Notes: generated by a model not told the origin, from the sequence alone. Numbered from the stretch's first letter, positions 37,406 through 49,638 are shown. The stretch is DNA of 50,416 bases from Girardia tigrina (GCA_001938485.1 MQRK01236397.1:1-50416); one strand, 5' to 3'. Program-made: numbers and translations.

Positions 37406-40400
37406 NNNNNNNNNNNNNNNNNNNNNNNNNNNNNNNNNNNNNNNNNNNNNNNNNNATATATATATATATATATTAAAATCCGATATTTCTTATTTATAAT
37501 TACAAAAATTCTCAGGCAATAAATAAATAAATTTAAATAATTTCCTTCATATTTTCTACGACTACGAACAATTTATGATTCCTTAAAAAAGCCGATATAA
37601 ATATGTCAGCTTTTCTACTGAAACGATCAACAATTCAAGCATTTGTTTTAATTTATTCCATGTAAAGTGTCACAGATTTAAATTTAATAAATATTATGAA
37701 TGAGATATCTTTTTTTCCAATGATAAATTTGATAAAACTCGGATTTCTTCCAATTCATATTCATTATTAATACCGTCCGTTTCAATCGGACATATTCCAC
37801 AATTATCATTCGACATTTTGCTATCGAACATGAACTCTGTTAATGTGGGCAATATTAACAATAAATACGTTGTTCCAGTCGTTGGAATGGCTTTCAACAA
37901 AAACCCAAGTGACGATTTAACTACTTCACTGCAACTATACGAAAATATGGAAGAAAAACTGTTGGTTATTCAACAGCGATCACCGGTCATAACTGGACTG
38001 AACAAACATTTTATTGAACTTCTTTTAGAGTTCATTCCAACTTTGATAGTAAAGAAAGTAAAGTTTTGTCGAGCGTTGCGTCATTTGAGAAACGATTTTA
38101 TGTCGCGCTCTTCTACCGCCTCTATCACAAAACCGATCCGATGATCGTCCGATCGAATCTCATCGCGAATTGTAAAAACATCGAAATCCTTTCCGTCCTC
38201 GCGGAATCCAGTTCACCGGCGTCGATTTTTTCGCCGAAGAATTCCGACAACGGCGGCAACGGTCGACCGAAATCATCGATCCTCGTATCGACAATTGAAT
38301 GCGCGACATCGGCCGCTCTGATCAAATTATCGCCCGATAATAGTCGATTATTATCGACTATTATTTTATTAAAACAAAAATTCATTTAGAACAGAAAATA
38401 AAAATTATTGGACATAAGTAGATCTCAAATGCTATTTTATCTAATTCTGATTTTATTTTAGGGATTAAAAGATAGATATAGTTAACATAGATATGTGTGC
38501 GACAAAACTTATGAGGCAACCCTATAATTTTGTTTAAATAGTCAGATAATGATGACTTAATACTAAGTCTTAAGACTGATTTTACATTTTTGCCCATAAA
38601 AATTTCAAAACGAGATTCGTATGAAAAAAAAGTAACTTAATTTCAATCATTTTGGTTCCATTTACTAGTCTTTTTCTTTTTGAATAGGTGTCAGAAACGA
38701 TTTGAATTTAAAATAATTCATTGCCTACATTTATATTATAATTTTTATTAAGTGTCAGAATTATTTTGAATTGAAAAGATGTCAGAATTCTTTTGAAATG
38801 GAGGAAAAAATTAAGTGCGAATAAAATTTTTATTATTTAACTTTTTTATTTAATTTCAAATTATTTTAGAATTGTATTTAGATAATCGTAAAATATCAAA
38901 ATAATCCATTTGTAATAACAGTAAATATTTATTATTTACGTGTCCGAATACATGAATTTTGGTAGTAATGTTAAATTAATAAAAATAATTGTAAATATTA
39001 TTACTTACATGAATTAATAGATAATCGCTGTCAATAACAAATTAATTTATTAAGCCTTTTTGAAAACCTCAACATTTATCCAGTATTCTACTTTTATATT
39101 AGATTAGTCAAAAAATTTCGACAATGATGTATTTTTCGATTTGAAAATAAGAAACAAAGACGACCTTTTTGAATTTTTTTGGTATACTTAGTAATGGGTA
39201 CCCATCAGTTTAAGAGTATAGACTAATGGAAAATTTTAACTTTAACATCTTCATTTTTTAATTCTGCTATTTTTTTCAATAGATTTAAAAATATTTTAAT
39301 TATTTTAATTTAAAATCTCTTAGAATATTTTTTTCAGTAAAAATTAGATGATTTTTTAAATAATTCAGTAAATTCTTTTTAAAATTCCTTTATTTAAATT
39401 TTAAAATATTTTTTATTTTTAAATTTTTTAAATATTTATTTATTATTTATTTTTAAAAATATTNNNNNNNNNNNNNNNNNNNNNNNNNNNNNNNNNNNNN
39501 NNNNNNNNNNNNNAAATTTTTTAAATATTTATTTATTATTTATTTTTAAAAATATTTTTCTTTGAATTTAAATCAATTTCCTCTTATTAAAATTTAAGCT
39601 GGGGTTTACTTTGCATCTATACTTGTTTTATGATCATATAATTTTTAGAATACTAAAACAAAAACAAATTTTAGTGAATTAAATAAGAGATAAAAAACAA
39701 TGGAACTCTAAAAATTTAATAGATAAATTTTCTTAAATAGTGAAAATTAGAGATAAAAATTACTATTTCAAATATAATTACTACGATAATTGCAACGGTA
39801 TATAAAAAAATCGTTTATTTGTTTCTCTTATGTTTATTTCGCTTTTTTTTGATAATAATTCCCCCTCCTATATTTTTAGAGTGTATTATATAAATATTGT
39901 ATTCATATATATATATATATCTTTTATTTAACCACTTATTATTTCAATTATATAATTTATAACGTCGTAACTTTAAATTTCTCAGTATTCTTTAATATTA
40001 TTTTTTTAAGTTCGGAAAGGCTATTTTGGCACATTATTCTGGATTAGATAAGTATGATACTTAGATTAAATAAAAATTCATAAAACAAGTAGGGATGCAA
40101 AGGAAACCTCAGGCAGAAAATTAAGTGTTATAATTTTGTATGTATTTTACGTGTGGTGTGCGTAGGATGAGTTATTTTTCCTTTTTTAGACTGTTACGGC
40201 CTTTCCCGGTCAGAAATAACACGTAGATAGTTATAAATTACATCATCCAATTGATTTAATTATTTTCATTTTGTTTATGATTTTATGTCAATCAATGTAA
40301 TTTTTTCTTGTTAATTAAGCTATGACTATTTTTTTATTAATTTATGATTACTTATTAATTATTTTGTGATTATATATTAATTAATTTGGGATTATTTAAT

Positions 40401-41413
40401 AATTAATTTGGGATTATTTATTAATTAATTAATATTTTTAATGCATCAAGTGTATAAATAAATAAAAATATAAAAAAAGTATAAATAAATGCTAAGGGAT
40501 CTTACAAATTATGGACGTGTGTGCCTTGCAAGTATACTTGGATTTTTTCAACCCCATCTATATAATATGACATATTTCATTGCTGATATTCCATCAGAAT
40601 GACCCTTAGATCCAATGAAATTGGCTAGATTACTTTTTTCTACTTGTTTACATATATTTCTATCCAGGAATCTAAGGAAATGCCTTTGCAGCATTTTTAA
40701 TTGAGAACGGATGTTAACTTAAATAGCTTATTATTAATGTATATTTTAAATTTTTATCTAAAATTTAATTGATAATATAATTTTAGATTATCAGTTTTAA
40801 TATTTAATTTGTTAAAAGTTATCGAGACTTTATTATTACATAAAATAATCAAAATAACTCTTAAAATTTCCTTTTCACAAAAACGATATTAACCTCTTTG
40901 CTTCAGTTTCTGTGATTTGTTTCTCCGAAATGATCGTCCCGATGATCGTATCCCAAACTTGCATCACTGTTCCTCCAGATACACCGATCAATGAAATCAA
41001 GTCTAACAATAAAACAACGTGAAATTAAAAGACAAAAATCAATTCAATACGATTTTTGCAATAATCAACTGATAAAATTGCATCATCTTCTTTCAGATGT
41101 TGTCTCCATTCTGAAAATTTTATGGAATTAAAAACGATTTTTTGTTTGCAAAAAACAACCAATATTTCCTGTATAAAGATTAAGCGCGGCGTGAACATTA
41201 CTTTCGGCAGTCAAAATAATTCTCCGGCTGGGAACATTTTGTTTTTCAATGAAGAAATATTTTATTTTACCGACATATTGTTTGTACCTATTTTTCTAAA
41301 AATTATTTGTTTTTTCTAAACGAATTAAACCAGTCAAATTTTCCAGCTTGATCCTCATACAATCCAATTGACGAATGAATTAAAAACGGTATTAGAAAGA
41401 CTCCAAGAAACAT
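16727..41413 (-). CDS. EMC1: ER membrane protein complex subunit 1 (23 exons, ~1068 aa)
   Basis: Exons: 41413-41331, 41287-41160, 41110-41051, 41002-40894, 34982-34954, 34907-34826, 34772-34599, 31575-31467, 31417-31226, 31168-31097, 31045-30938, 30892-30796, 25751-25579, 25530-25285, 25236-25081, 24130-23966, 23653-23416, 21972-21859, 21808-21696, 20068-19705, 17209-17125, 17080-16932, 16887-16727. All are GT-AG and phase-compatible (3207 nt). Motifs: signal peptide + LYEDQAGKFDW, WMREESLA, RDSFNLHK, SVGRILSDRNVLYKYLNPNL, LLDPRR, PSGLESTSLV, APSKMYDILKEDFDY + C-terminal TM. Exons 5-11 are less certain. Confidence 0.92.
18240..19321 (+). mobile_element. Mutator-like (MULE) transposase pseudogene with right terminus, in an EMC1 intron
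   Basis: (D>H)GTFDKVPKMFYQLYTWH, PCIYFLL, LVDFEKA, CCYFHLCHSL, YFFSTYI, LWNHY, PKTTNCCEGFHN across three frames; ends AATTGTCTGGTCACCG. Confidence 0.9.
19585..19672. repeat. (TA)n microsatellite
   Basis: Two TA tracts around a single N. Confidence 0.95.
20188..20799. mobile_element. Tc1/pogo-type MITE composite (TA-flanked) with internal inverted repeats
   Basis: TA|CAGTTAAATGTCTCTTAACCGCCAAAA ... TTTTGGCGGTTAAGAGGAACTTTACTG|TA. Internal IR: ~20251-20285 versus ~20435-20468. Confidence 0.75.
22073..22212. mobile_element. 140-bp piggyBac-like MITE
   Basis: TTAA|CCCTAATCCAACTGGGTAGT ... ACTACCCAGTTGGATTAGGG|TTAA, perfect 20-bp TIRs. Confidence 0.88.
22434..22597. mobile_element. piggyBac-like MITE
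   Basis: TTAA|CTCATTTATGCCCA ... TGGGCACAAATGGG|TTAA. Confidence 0.7.
27150..29220 (-). mobile_element. 5'-truncated non-LTR retrotransposon with restriction-like endonuclease (NeSL/Utopia-like), disrupted
   Basis: GVRQGCPL, CLAYADDIALV, MKFNPAKC, YRYLGV, KITKSILFPWQKIEAYRIFI, KKGGLGL, the CCHC knuckle CRACGQDIETQIHILRWC..RHNAI, and the RLE region INIKTPFD..IVVGCLGSW. Confidence 0.9.
29459..29490. repeat. (TA)n microsatellite
   Basis: Visible directly in the sequence. Confidence 0.95.
31962..32925 (+). mobile_element. pogo-family (CENP-B HTH + DDE_1) transposase pseudogene
   Basis: TIEFKKEIIAY HTH start, WVDGFM..LSLRRTTN, LMDETSVYFE, PLIIHKGK, a DSCRIH motif and a GGLTPYL..GDIGIFKELK-like end; contains stops and frameshifts. 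Confidence 0.88.
32930..33040 (+). mobile_element. PIF/Harbinger-like MITE terminus interrupting the pogo element
   Basis: GGGCTTGTTCGCATATTACGTAACGC followed by G-runs and TGTTACG repeats; the pogo frame stops here. Confidence 0.45.
33480..34151 (+). mobile_element. Highly decayed mariner element, 3' half
   Basis: IWVLHDL (WVPHEL-like), ILKRIV, an HDNA-like motif, DLAPSEYHLFR, and terminal TTCCGGTCCACCTAA-TA. Confidence 0.8.
36300..37290 (-). mobile_element. mariner (DD34D) transposase pseudogene
   Basis: CWVPHAL, IITCDEIWVYWD, YLHDNARPHTA, LPHPPYSPDLSPSDYFLF. Confidence 0.92.
37357..37472. repeat. (TA)n microsatellite spanning an assembly gap
   Basis: Visible directly in the sequence. 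Confidence 0.9.
37696..38100 (+). pseudogene. PSMG2: Proteasome assembly chaperone 2 (PAC2/PSMG2)-like N-terminal half, intronless, nested antisense in an EMC1 intron
   Basis: Frame of ORF 37818 extended upstream: YSLLIPSVSIGHIPQLSFDILLSNM..VGNINNKYVVPVVG..LTTSLQLY..LLVIQQRSP. After a frameshift comes VLSSVASFEKR. This matches the PAC2 pattern (TLLxPxVSVGNVGQLxxDLII..LVPMVG..QxRS..VIVLSS). Confidence 0.78.
40492..40715 (+). repeat. Dispersed ~220-bp repeat, copy 2
   Basis: Colinear diverged homolog of 4675-4895. Confidence 0.75.
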
Positions 41414-42656
41414 GGATGTTCAAAGATATTTTAGTTGTATAATTTATTTTGTAATATTAAAACAAACATCAAAAATTTGTACAATTAATTTTAGTAGTAA
41501 AATGTTTTTTAATTACTGTAATTATGTGAAAATTATTGTCTTTTCTATAATTTTAATTTAATTAGAAAAATTAATTAATTTATTCTAGTGGATTTTGGAA
41601 CAAGAATTAAAATTTTATTGTATTGATTTGTCATATAATTTTTTTGACAGACATGTGGAATATTATAAATAACTATCACAGAAAATATTGTTGAAAATAA
41701 ATAGTTGACAATATTTTCCAATGCTGGCTATTTCTAAAAGTTTCATATTAATGTTCATTAATTAATTCTAGAATAATAAAATAAACGAAAAAAATTAGGG
41801 ATAAAAACGTGAAAACAATTTATTCTGGTGAAATAAAAATTTACTTGAATAATCATTATAAACTTAAAAAGCTATTATTATTAAAATTTTATTTTGAAGC
41901 TTATCTAACGCAATGTTTCGTTAAGACTGTACCGTGTCATGGTAATTTATCGCAAAATTTGTGAAAAAAAAACACAATGTTAATTTCGAGCCCATCAACA
42001 CAAATATCATTCTTCTGTTTGTTTGGGAATTGTTGTAAAATTATCTAAAGGTACGGTTTCATTACTTCATGTCTAGTTTTATATTTTAATTGCTTTTATG
42101 TATGTGTTATCATGCGTTTATTTAAGTCATGGATCTACATAATTAACAATTATTTGCGGTGCCATGTACTTGTTGAGGTATGAATTTTATAAAAATAATA
42201 AAAGTATTGAAATAATAATTTTGTTTTAATTAATGGATAAAATAAGATTTTTACTATATTAAATATAAATTTTATATAAACAATTAAATTAAAATTAGAT
42301 AAAAAGGATGAATAATGTAGATTAAGTAGAAAAGTATTTTTCATAGAAAGATAATTAAATTATTTTAAAAAGTAAAGAAAGATTAAATTAAAGAAAGAGC
42401 TATAAAAGAAGAAAGATTTTAAAGAAAATGGGACAAAAAGAATTGTAATAAATTTGAAAGTTCAAAAGAAGAAGTCAATAATAAATTTGCGTAGTTATTC
42501 ATAAAAAACTTATTCATAAAAAACTCGCTTACTTATTATTTTGGATCAAACGGCTATTGTTAAGAAGGTTTAACTCGCGTGGTTACTGTTTGAAACGAGT
42601 ATAAAAAACTGATCACTGGATTATTGAGAGAGAATAGAATAAAACAAATCACTGGT

Positions 42657-42983
42657 AGTAGTGGGGAAATTAGGGAGTCGAAACCGTTTTTACTTTTTTA
42701 GAATTTTCCAAACGCGAACCACATTGAAAAAACGTCTAAATTCATCAAATTTATGCTAAATCTATGAATATTATCATAAATTTAAGAGTCGAAAATTTGT
42801 ACACCCGCTAACGCTCATGTGATAAAAACCCATTATATTTTGTGAAATTTTATCTGTAATTACATTATTTTTTTAGTTTATGTCGTAAGAAGGCTTTTGT
42901 GCTCGCTTCGCTCGCACGGTAATTCGCGTTTGGCAAATTCTAAAAAAGTTAAAACATTTTGACTCCCTATTTTCCCTACTACT
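42657..42983. mobile_element. ~330-bp element with ~60-bp TIRs and AGTAGT termini (Polinton-type ends)
   Basis: AGTAGTGGGGAAATTAGGGAGTC..TTTTTTAGAATTTTCCAAACGCGAA versus TTCGCGTTTGGCAAATTCTAAAAAA..GACTCCCTATTTTCCCTACTACT; internal GCTCGCTTCGCTCGC. Confidence 0.7.
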
Positions 42984-42999
42984 TGAAAAATCTTACTCT

Positions 43000-43875
43000 T
43001 AAAATTCCTTGAAAAATCGGTAAAAATATCCAAAATTCATGGAAATTCATGAAAAATCATCGAAATTTATGAAAAACCTTATCTGTGTCTCAGGTCGAGA
43101 AACCTTAAAAAATCACTAAATTACACCTAAAAACATCACTTTTTGTCAAACTAATAGAAACCTAAAATAAATCAATTTTTCATATTGTCATATTCCTCAT
43201 TTTTACATTGAAAATCCTTGAAAAATCGGTAAAAATATCCAAAATTCATGGAAAATCATAAAAAATCATTGAAAATCTTACAAAACCTTATCTGTCTCAG
43301 GCCGATGAACAGAAAAAATCACTAAATGCAGCCTAAAAACCTTACTTTTTGTCAAACAAACAGAAACCTAAAATAAATCAATTTTCACATTGTCTCTAAT
43401 CATATTTTTTACAACGAAAAACCTAGTAAAATCGGTAAAAATGAATAAAAATCAAGGAAATTCATGGAAAAAAACAAGGAAAATCATGAAAATCAACATT
43501 GACCTTTCCCTCAGAAAATATTAAAAGTCACTAAATTACACCTAAAAACCTTATTTTTTGTCAAACAAACAGAAACCTAAAATATATCAATTTTTCACCT
43601 TGTCATATTTCTACTTTTTCTAATCTGAAAAACGTTAAAATCAGTAAAAATGAATAAAAATCATCAAAAACAAGGGAAATTTATGATAATCAACATCCCC
43701 CAGAAAAACACTAAATTTAGGCAAAATTACACCTAAAAATGGCATCATTTCTAAAACTGAAACAAAACTAAAAATATTGACTTTTCACATCGACTCTAAT
43801 CATTTTTTCTAATCTGTAAATTCTTGTAAAATCAGTAAAAATGAATAAAAATCAAGAAATTCATAAAAAATTTAA
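43000..43875. repeat. Tandem repeat, ~205-215-bp unit, ~4 copies
   Basis: AAAATC(G/A)GTAAAAAT recurs at ~43013, 43222, 43428, 43637 and 43828, with shared ACTAAAT.ACACCTAAAAA and GAAACCTAAAAT blocks. Confidence 0.9.
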
Positions 43876-43939
43876 AGAAATATAAAAAGAAAAAATCGTT
43901 TAAGAAAAATAAATTGTTAAAAAAAAGCTCGAATATTCG

Positions 43940-46300
43940 AGAATATAAATGCCATGTTTGCAATAAAATGTTTTAAGAGGAAGTGCTTTAGTTTCTCATG
44001 AAAAATCGAGAGAGCATCTAACTAGAATTAGGGGTCTAAATGATGAAAATGCTAAAGAATGTGAAAAATGTGGAGAATGTTTTATGTTACCTGGTTATAA
44101 AGTGCATAATCTTGCTTGTGATGGAACAGTTAAGCCTAAATTAAAAACTCTTACAGCAATTGAAAACTATCGAGATTTCATGAATGATCCCCAAAATTTT
44201 AATGTATCTTATACTGATATAATTGTTGAGGAAAGAAAACCCCCATATACTTTAATAACTTATCTCAATGAATATAAAAAGGAAATAAGGTCTTCAATGG
44301 AAAATGTACTTAAAATTCTTTCTTTTCTAAAGATGAAAATTGTTGTTAGATTCACATTTACAAATGGTAAGGGATCTTTTCTAGATACGAGAATTGTAAC
44401 TCCTTTTATAATTTTGATTAGTATGAAAGATTTTGAGGAAACTTTTCAGGATATTTTAAATTGTCTTAAGGTTGATTATGACATACTTATAAATGAGCTT
44501 GGTGCGAGTGATTTAATTCTTTACTCAATTGATGAGATAGAAATATTTTATTGGAAGTTTTAATCGTTAATCAAATCCTAAGTTAATTAAATCCTAAGTT
44601 AATTAAATCCTAAGTTAAATTACCATTCAAATCAAAATATTTAATTAATATACAAAATGATAAATATACAGATGACTGTTTCTCATTATGGATCACTGCT
44701 TTTAGACATCCCGCAAAAGATCATGCTGCTAGAATCAATAATTATACTCCTTATTTACACGAGTTAAAATTATACTGGTATTAAAAAACCAATCGATGTA
44801 AAAGATATTCCAAAGTTTGAAAAGTTAAATAATCTAAGAATAGATATTTTTACACTTAAACCAATTGGAAAAGATGAAACAAAACGAGATAGTTGGTTAA
44901 TTGTACCTTTTAGAATTTCTAGAGTAAGTGAAGAATATGATGAAGTTTCTCTGTTATTATATGAGAATCATTGGATCTTGATCTCAAATTTTCAATCATT
45001 TGTGTAATAACTTCACAGATGTCTTACACTTATTTCTTACACTTACATGACAAAAGGCAATCTTATTTTACTTATCTTTTGCAAAGGTATTTGTGTTTTG
45101 GGGTATGAGTTTAACAACCTTTTGTCTTTATGTAATTTACATTTTCCTCTTCGTTTGTGATAAAAAAACATTCAATCTTATCTAATGCAATACTTTTTAA
45201 TTTTCAAATGCCTTTATGTTATGTAATAGTGCTTGATTATGTACCGATGAAATTTATTTTATTTTATTTTTTGTATTTTTATTATTTTATTTTATTTATT
45301 TATTTGAGTTTATTTTAACTGAAAGAAGAAGGAAGTCAAGAAATTACAAGAAAGAGCGAAGGAATTATATTATAGAAATTATATTATATATGACAATAAT
45401 ATAAATTCTAAGGCGAAATTTATATTATTGATTACCAAAAATAAATCAATAAAAAATTAAACAAACCAAGTAATTATTTACCGACGTTGTAATTACGGAA
45501 AATTATTAAAAGAGCAGACATCCCTTCTACTTCGCATCTATCAATCCAATAGAGGAATTACCCATTCATCTTTCACANAATCTATCTGACGATAGTTTCG
45601 GTAACAGAATCCTATTCCTTAATTTCGATTTCAAAGCAAAATATTAACCAGTCATTCCAGTATTATCGTAATTCAATTCCGACCCGTCTTCTGCAGCGAG
45701 TACACTAGTGTCGAAAGTAACTATCTTATTAACAGTAGGTTTCGTACATATTGTTCTATCGTTTGTGATTAAAAGTTACTTTTTATCGACTGTTGTTTTT
45801 TATTAAATTGCTAAATTCCTCTAAACAAACATTAGTTAAGTCAATTTAGTACATAACACTATATATCTGTTAAAAATCACTTTTTGTTCCTTTGTTTGTT
45901 TTGTCAGTGAATAAAGAGTGAATTTTAACAATTTGCATTATCACAATTTACCAATTCTCATATTGCAGGTCAGCATATTTGTAAATGATGTTTCAAAGTT
46001 TCAACATCAAAATCGGCAAGACAAAAACACTATGACAAATGTAGATTATTACCATTTTATAGAATCAACTTACTTCCCAAATATAAGGCATTTATGAAAT
46101 TTAAATACTTTGTTAATGTTCAAAAACCTTTAGTTAATATCAATAGAGATTTTGAAGCTATAAATCTTCATCAAAATATATTATATCAGTATGTTGATTT
46201 CCTTCAAGCAAATAAGTTAATGGAAGCATATAATAATTTTAATTATGTTGAATCTGAAACAGATGATATACAATTTTTAATTCTGCTTTACTGAAAATTG
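43940..46300 (+). mobile_element. Polinton/Maverick (adintovirus-like) protein-primed DNA polymerase B N-terminal pseudogene, interrupted at ~45005-45940
   Basis: C2H2-like YKCHVCNK..HEKSREH; ORF 44084-44563; LINIQND..DCF..HPAKDHAARINNY; YTGIKKPIDVKDIPKFEKLNNLRIDIF..VPFRIS..VSLLLYENHWILISNF. It resumes at ~45950 with HICK*CFK..KHYDKC and LPK..FMKFKYFVNVQKPLVNINRDFEAI (YADFE-like ExoI motif). Confidence 0.8.
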
Positions 46301-47415
46301 ATGGTAAATTTATGGATTTAAGCAGAGTTATGGCTTTTATTTGTTATACTGAAATACCTTTTGTTGGGTTACTTTTGGTGAACTTTAAATTTTTGATATT
46401 TTAAAAAAAATCATATTTATATTTTAGATAAAGTAAAAATAATGTTGATTAATTAAAATGAAATAATTCTTTAAAATAAAAATTTAAGTTATAGATAATA
46501 TATTTAATAATTAAAATAAATAAGATTTTTAAAAAAAATATATTTTATAGTAACATTTATACTAATTAAATCGAAATAATTTTTGTAAAAATATATAGTT
46601 CACAGATAATATATTACTTATTAAAATAAGTTTTTAAAAAAATTTAGAGTAATGATAATATTTTAATTAAATTGGGACAAATTTTTATAAAAATGAAGTT
46701 TTAAAAAAATTCACAATTAAATATCATCTTCGAAGTTAAAGAATATTCTAAAGACGATTTTGATATATTTTGTAACACTATTTAAAATTGTGAGAAGTGG
46801 TTGCAACATCTATATCAGAATTCATTTTTTTAAACACGAAAATTTATTTATATAACAATTCACATCTTTAAAACAAATTTTCCTGTTAATTTAATTTAAT
46901 TATCTCGACCCAAATTAATCCATTAAATTCTTTTCGGTTTAATTTTTAAAATCTTGAAAATTTATTTCGAAAATTTATTTCAAAAATTATTTAAACTTTA
47001 TTTTCAACATCAATTTTTAAAATTGCTTATTAAAAATATTTTTATTTATAAATAAATATTTAATATTTTTGTTTTCTTGACATTTTTAATTTTAATATAT
47101 TTAATAGATACATTAAAAGATATTTTTTATTTTTAAATAAATATTTTATTTTTTATGATTTTCTTTTATTACATCATTTTTAATTTTTTAAAATATTTAA
47201 AAACATTAAAAGATATTTTATTTTTAAAAACGTTTTTGATTTTTTAATAGTTGTTTAACTATATCCTTTTTAATTTTAAAATATTGAATAAGCATATTAA
47301 CATAAAAATATTTTACCCTTTAAATTAAAAAAAATAATAAACTATTCAGGCGAGATAAAAATTTAAATTAACCCTTCATAAAAATAAAATCATAATACTT
47401 TTTAATGTATAAAAT

Positions 47416-47601
47416 TGTTGGGTTATTAAAATTATCTTTAATTTCAAATATTTACTTTTAAAAACACAAATCTTAAATCTTTATCTTTAATCGTAAATCT
47501 CTATTCTTTATTCTTTTATCAATAATCTTTATTCAATAATTCACAATCAATAATCTTTACTCTTTGTTCTGACTCCAATGAATCAGAAGGGACTTCCAAC
47601 A
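47416..47601. repeat. LTR-like repeat (TGTTGG...CCAACA), copy 1
   Basis: High identity to 50174-50411; 6-bp terminal inverted repeat; internal ATCAATAATC repeats. Confidence 0.75.
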
Positions 47602-48435
47602 TAAATATATGAATAATGAACACAAATTCTTTTATGAAACTTTATTTCAAATAACAAATATCGACAAGTCAAAAATAATAATAATAATTCAATTCTTGAT
47701 GACAGAACAAAACACAAAACAATATTTCGTACGAGTTAATAGATTACAGTCAAAACTGTGAATTCTCCAAAACGAACGATATTGTACTCTTTAAATTATT
47801 AAACCTTCTTCTCCGATACAGGGTACTTATGGTTTAATAATATTTTCAAAAGAATAAAATAAAAATAAAATAAGTTTTTACGTTACTTGTTAACGCGACT
47901 TCTTCTTGATTAAATTTCTTGCAAATATTTTTGGGCAAACTAAAACTAGATTTGCTGTTGTTTATATAGTAATTTTCCTCAGCCTTGAAAATTGATGAGA
48001 TAAAACAAAGAGTAAAATATTTATAATTTTTGATGAAGTAAAACAAATATTTATAATTTTTAATTCCGAGTTTTGTTAAACTAAATATTATTTTATTTGA
48101 AATTAATAATTTTACCAAAAGAACTATTTTAAATTTTACTTATATAAAATTTTATCAAGAAGTGTTCATATGCTTTTTCCAAAACCCTCAAAATCTCTCC
48201 CCAATAAAAAAATATCATCCTCGATATTTAGACGATAGTCAAATATATTTAAAATATATTTTAATTAAAAATTTATAAATATAAAATATAATTTATAAAT
48301 AATTTGCATCTTTAAGGGCGCAATCATAAAATTTTTGTTTATATTGAGAAATTTAAAACCTAATATCCTAATCAAAACAAAAAAATAAAAGAATAACGAC
48401 TCGTTTTGGGAATCTTTTGTAATAAAAAGAATTAG

Positions 48436-48669
48436 AAATCTTGAATTTATTATTATTCTTCTTTTTAAAAGAAAGTTTTGCTCATTGTCGACGACAGTTG
48501 AATAATTAAAATTTTATTGGGTATTGTTTGTCTTGAATTTATTATTATTCTTCTTTTTAAAAGAAAGTTTTGCTTATTGTCGACGACAGTTGAATAATTA
48601 AAATTTTATTTGGTATTGTTTGTCTTGAATTTATTATTATTCTTCTCTTTAAAAGAAAGTTTTGCTCAT
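48436..48669. repeat. Tandem repeat, ~97-bp unit, ~2.5 copies
   Basis: TCTTGAATTTATTATTATTCTTC..TTAAAAGAAAGTTTTGCT recurs at ~48439, 48532 and 48623. Confidence 0.85.
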
Positions 48670-49039
48670 TTTTATTGTATTTAAAAAGGCAATAAATCTT
48701 GTGTGAACAGTAATTAATACTGCTTTCATTCTCCATTACTATATAAAAGGAAAATATATAAGTTATGCACAAATTATGTACATTGGGAAATTAGAGTGCA
48801 TAACAGTAAAAAGCGGTTGTTTTCAGATAACACGAACACTCCGCTCGCTAATCGCCGCCACACACCAGGCGATATTAGAATGGAAGTAAATTCAATTGAG
48901 GGGATAAAATCATCAATTCAAAATCTATAGACACGGAACACAATACCAAACAGGGATAAAGGGCACAAATGATTGAAAAGCAGTTCTATGACAAAATAAA
49001 TTTTTTTTATATTTATTTTTATTCATTTTTTTATATATT

Positions 49040-49638
49040 GATTAATTATAATAATAATAATAATAATAATAATTCGTAAATTAATAATATTATTAATAAT
49101 AATATTTATAATAATAAATGAACCATAATATAAAAAAATATAATATTGTAATAAAAACATTAATAATACTACTACTACGAATAATGATAATAATAATATT
49201 AATAATTAACAATATTAATACCAATAATAATATTAATAATATTCATAACAATATTAATACTAATAATAATACTAATATTAATGATGATAATATTAATATA
49301 ATTTATTTTAATTCACCCCGCTCGACGACGAGGACGCCGCTGGATGCCTGGATGCCGATGAGGACACCGCTGGATAAGTTTTTTTTTAAATTAAATATAT
49401 TTCGTTTTGTTTTATTTATAATTATAAATCATTTAGTAATAAATAATAGTGATAATGATAAATAATAATATTGTGATTACGAATAAAAAAATAATAAAGA
49501 TTACCAAACAAAAAATTATAATAATAATAACAATAATATTAATAATATTGATAAATTATTTTAATTATACTAGATAATAATAATAAATAATAATAATAAA
49601 TAATAATATTAATAATATTGATGATGATAAAGATAATA

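Noticed and set aside
39421-39556. Direct repeat flanking an N gap (similarly GAATCGAA(TA)n around the N at 19627)
   Set aside because: Most likely unmerged contig overlaps rather than true duplications.
43000-43875. Regular repeats as a possible CRISPR-like array
   Set aside because: Whole ~210-bp units are homologous with no unique spacers, the context is eukaryotic, and there are no cas genes.
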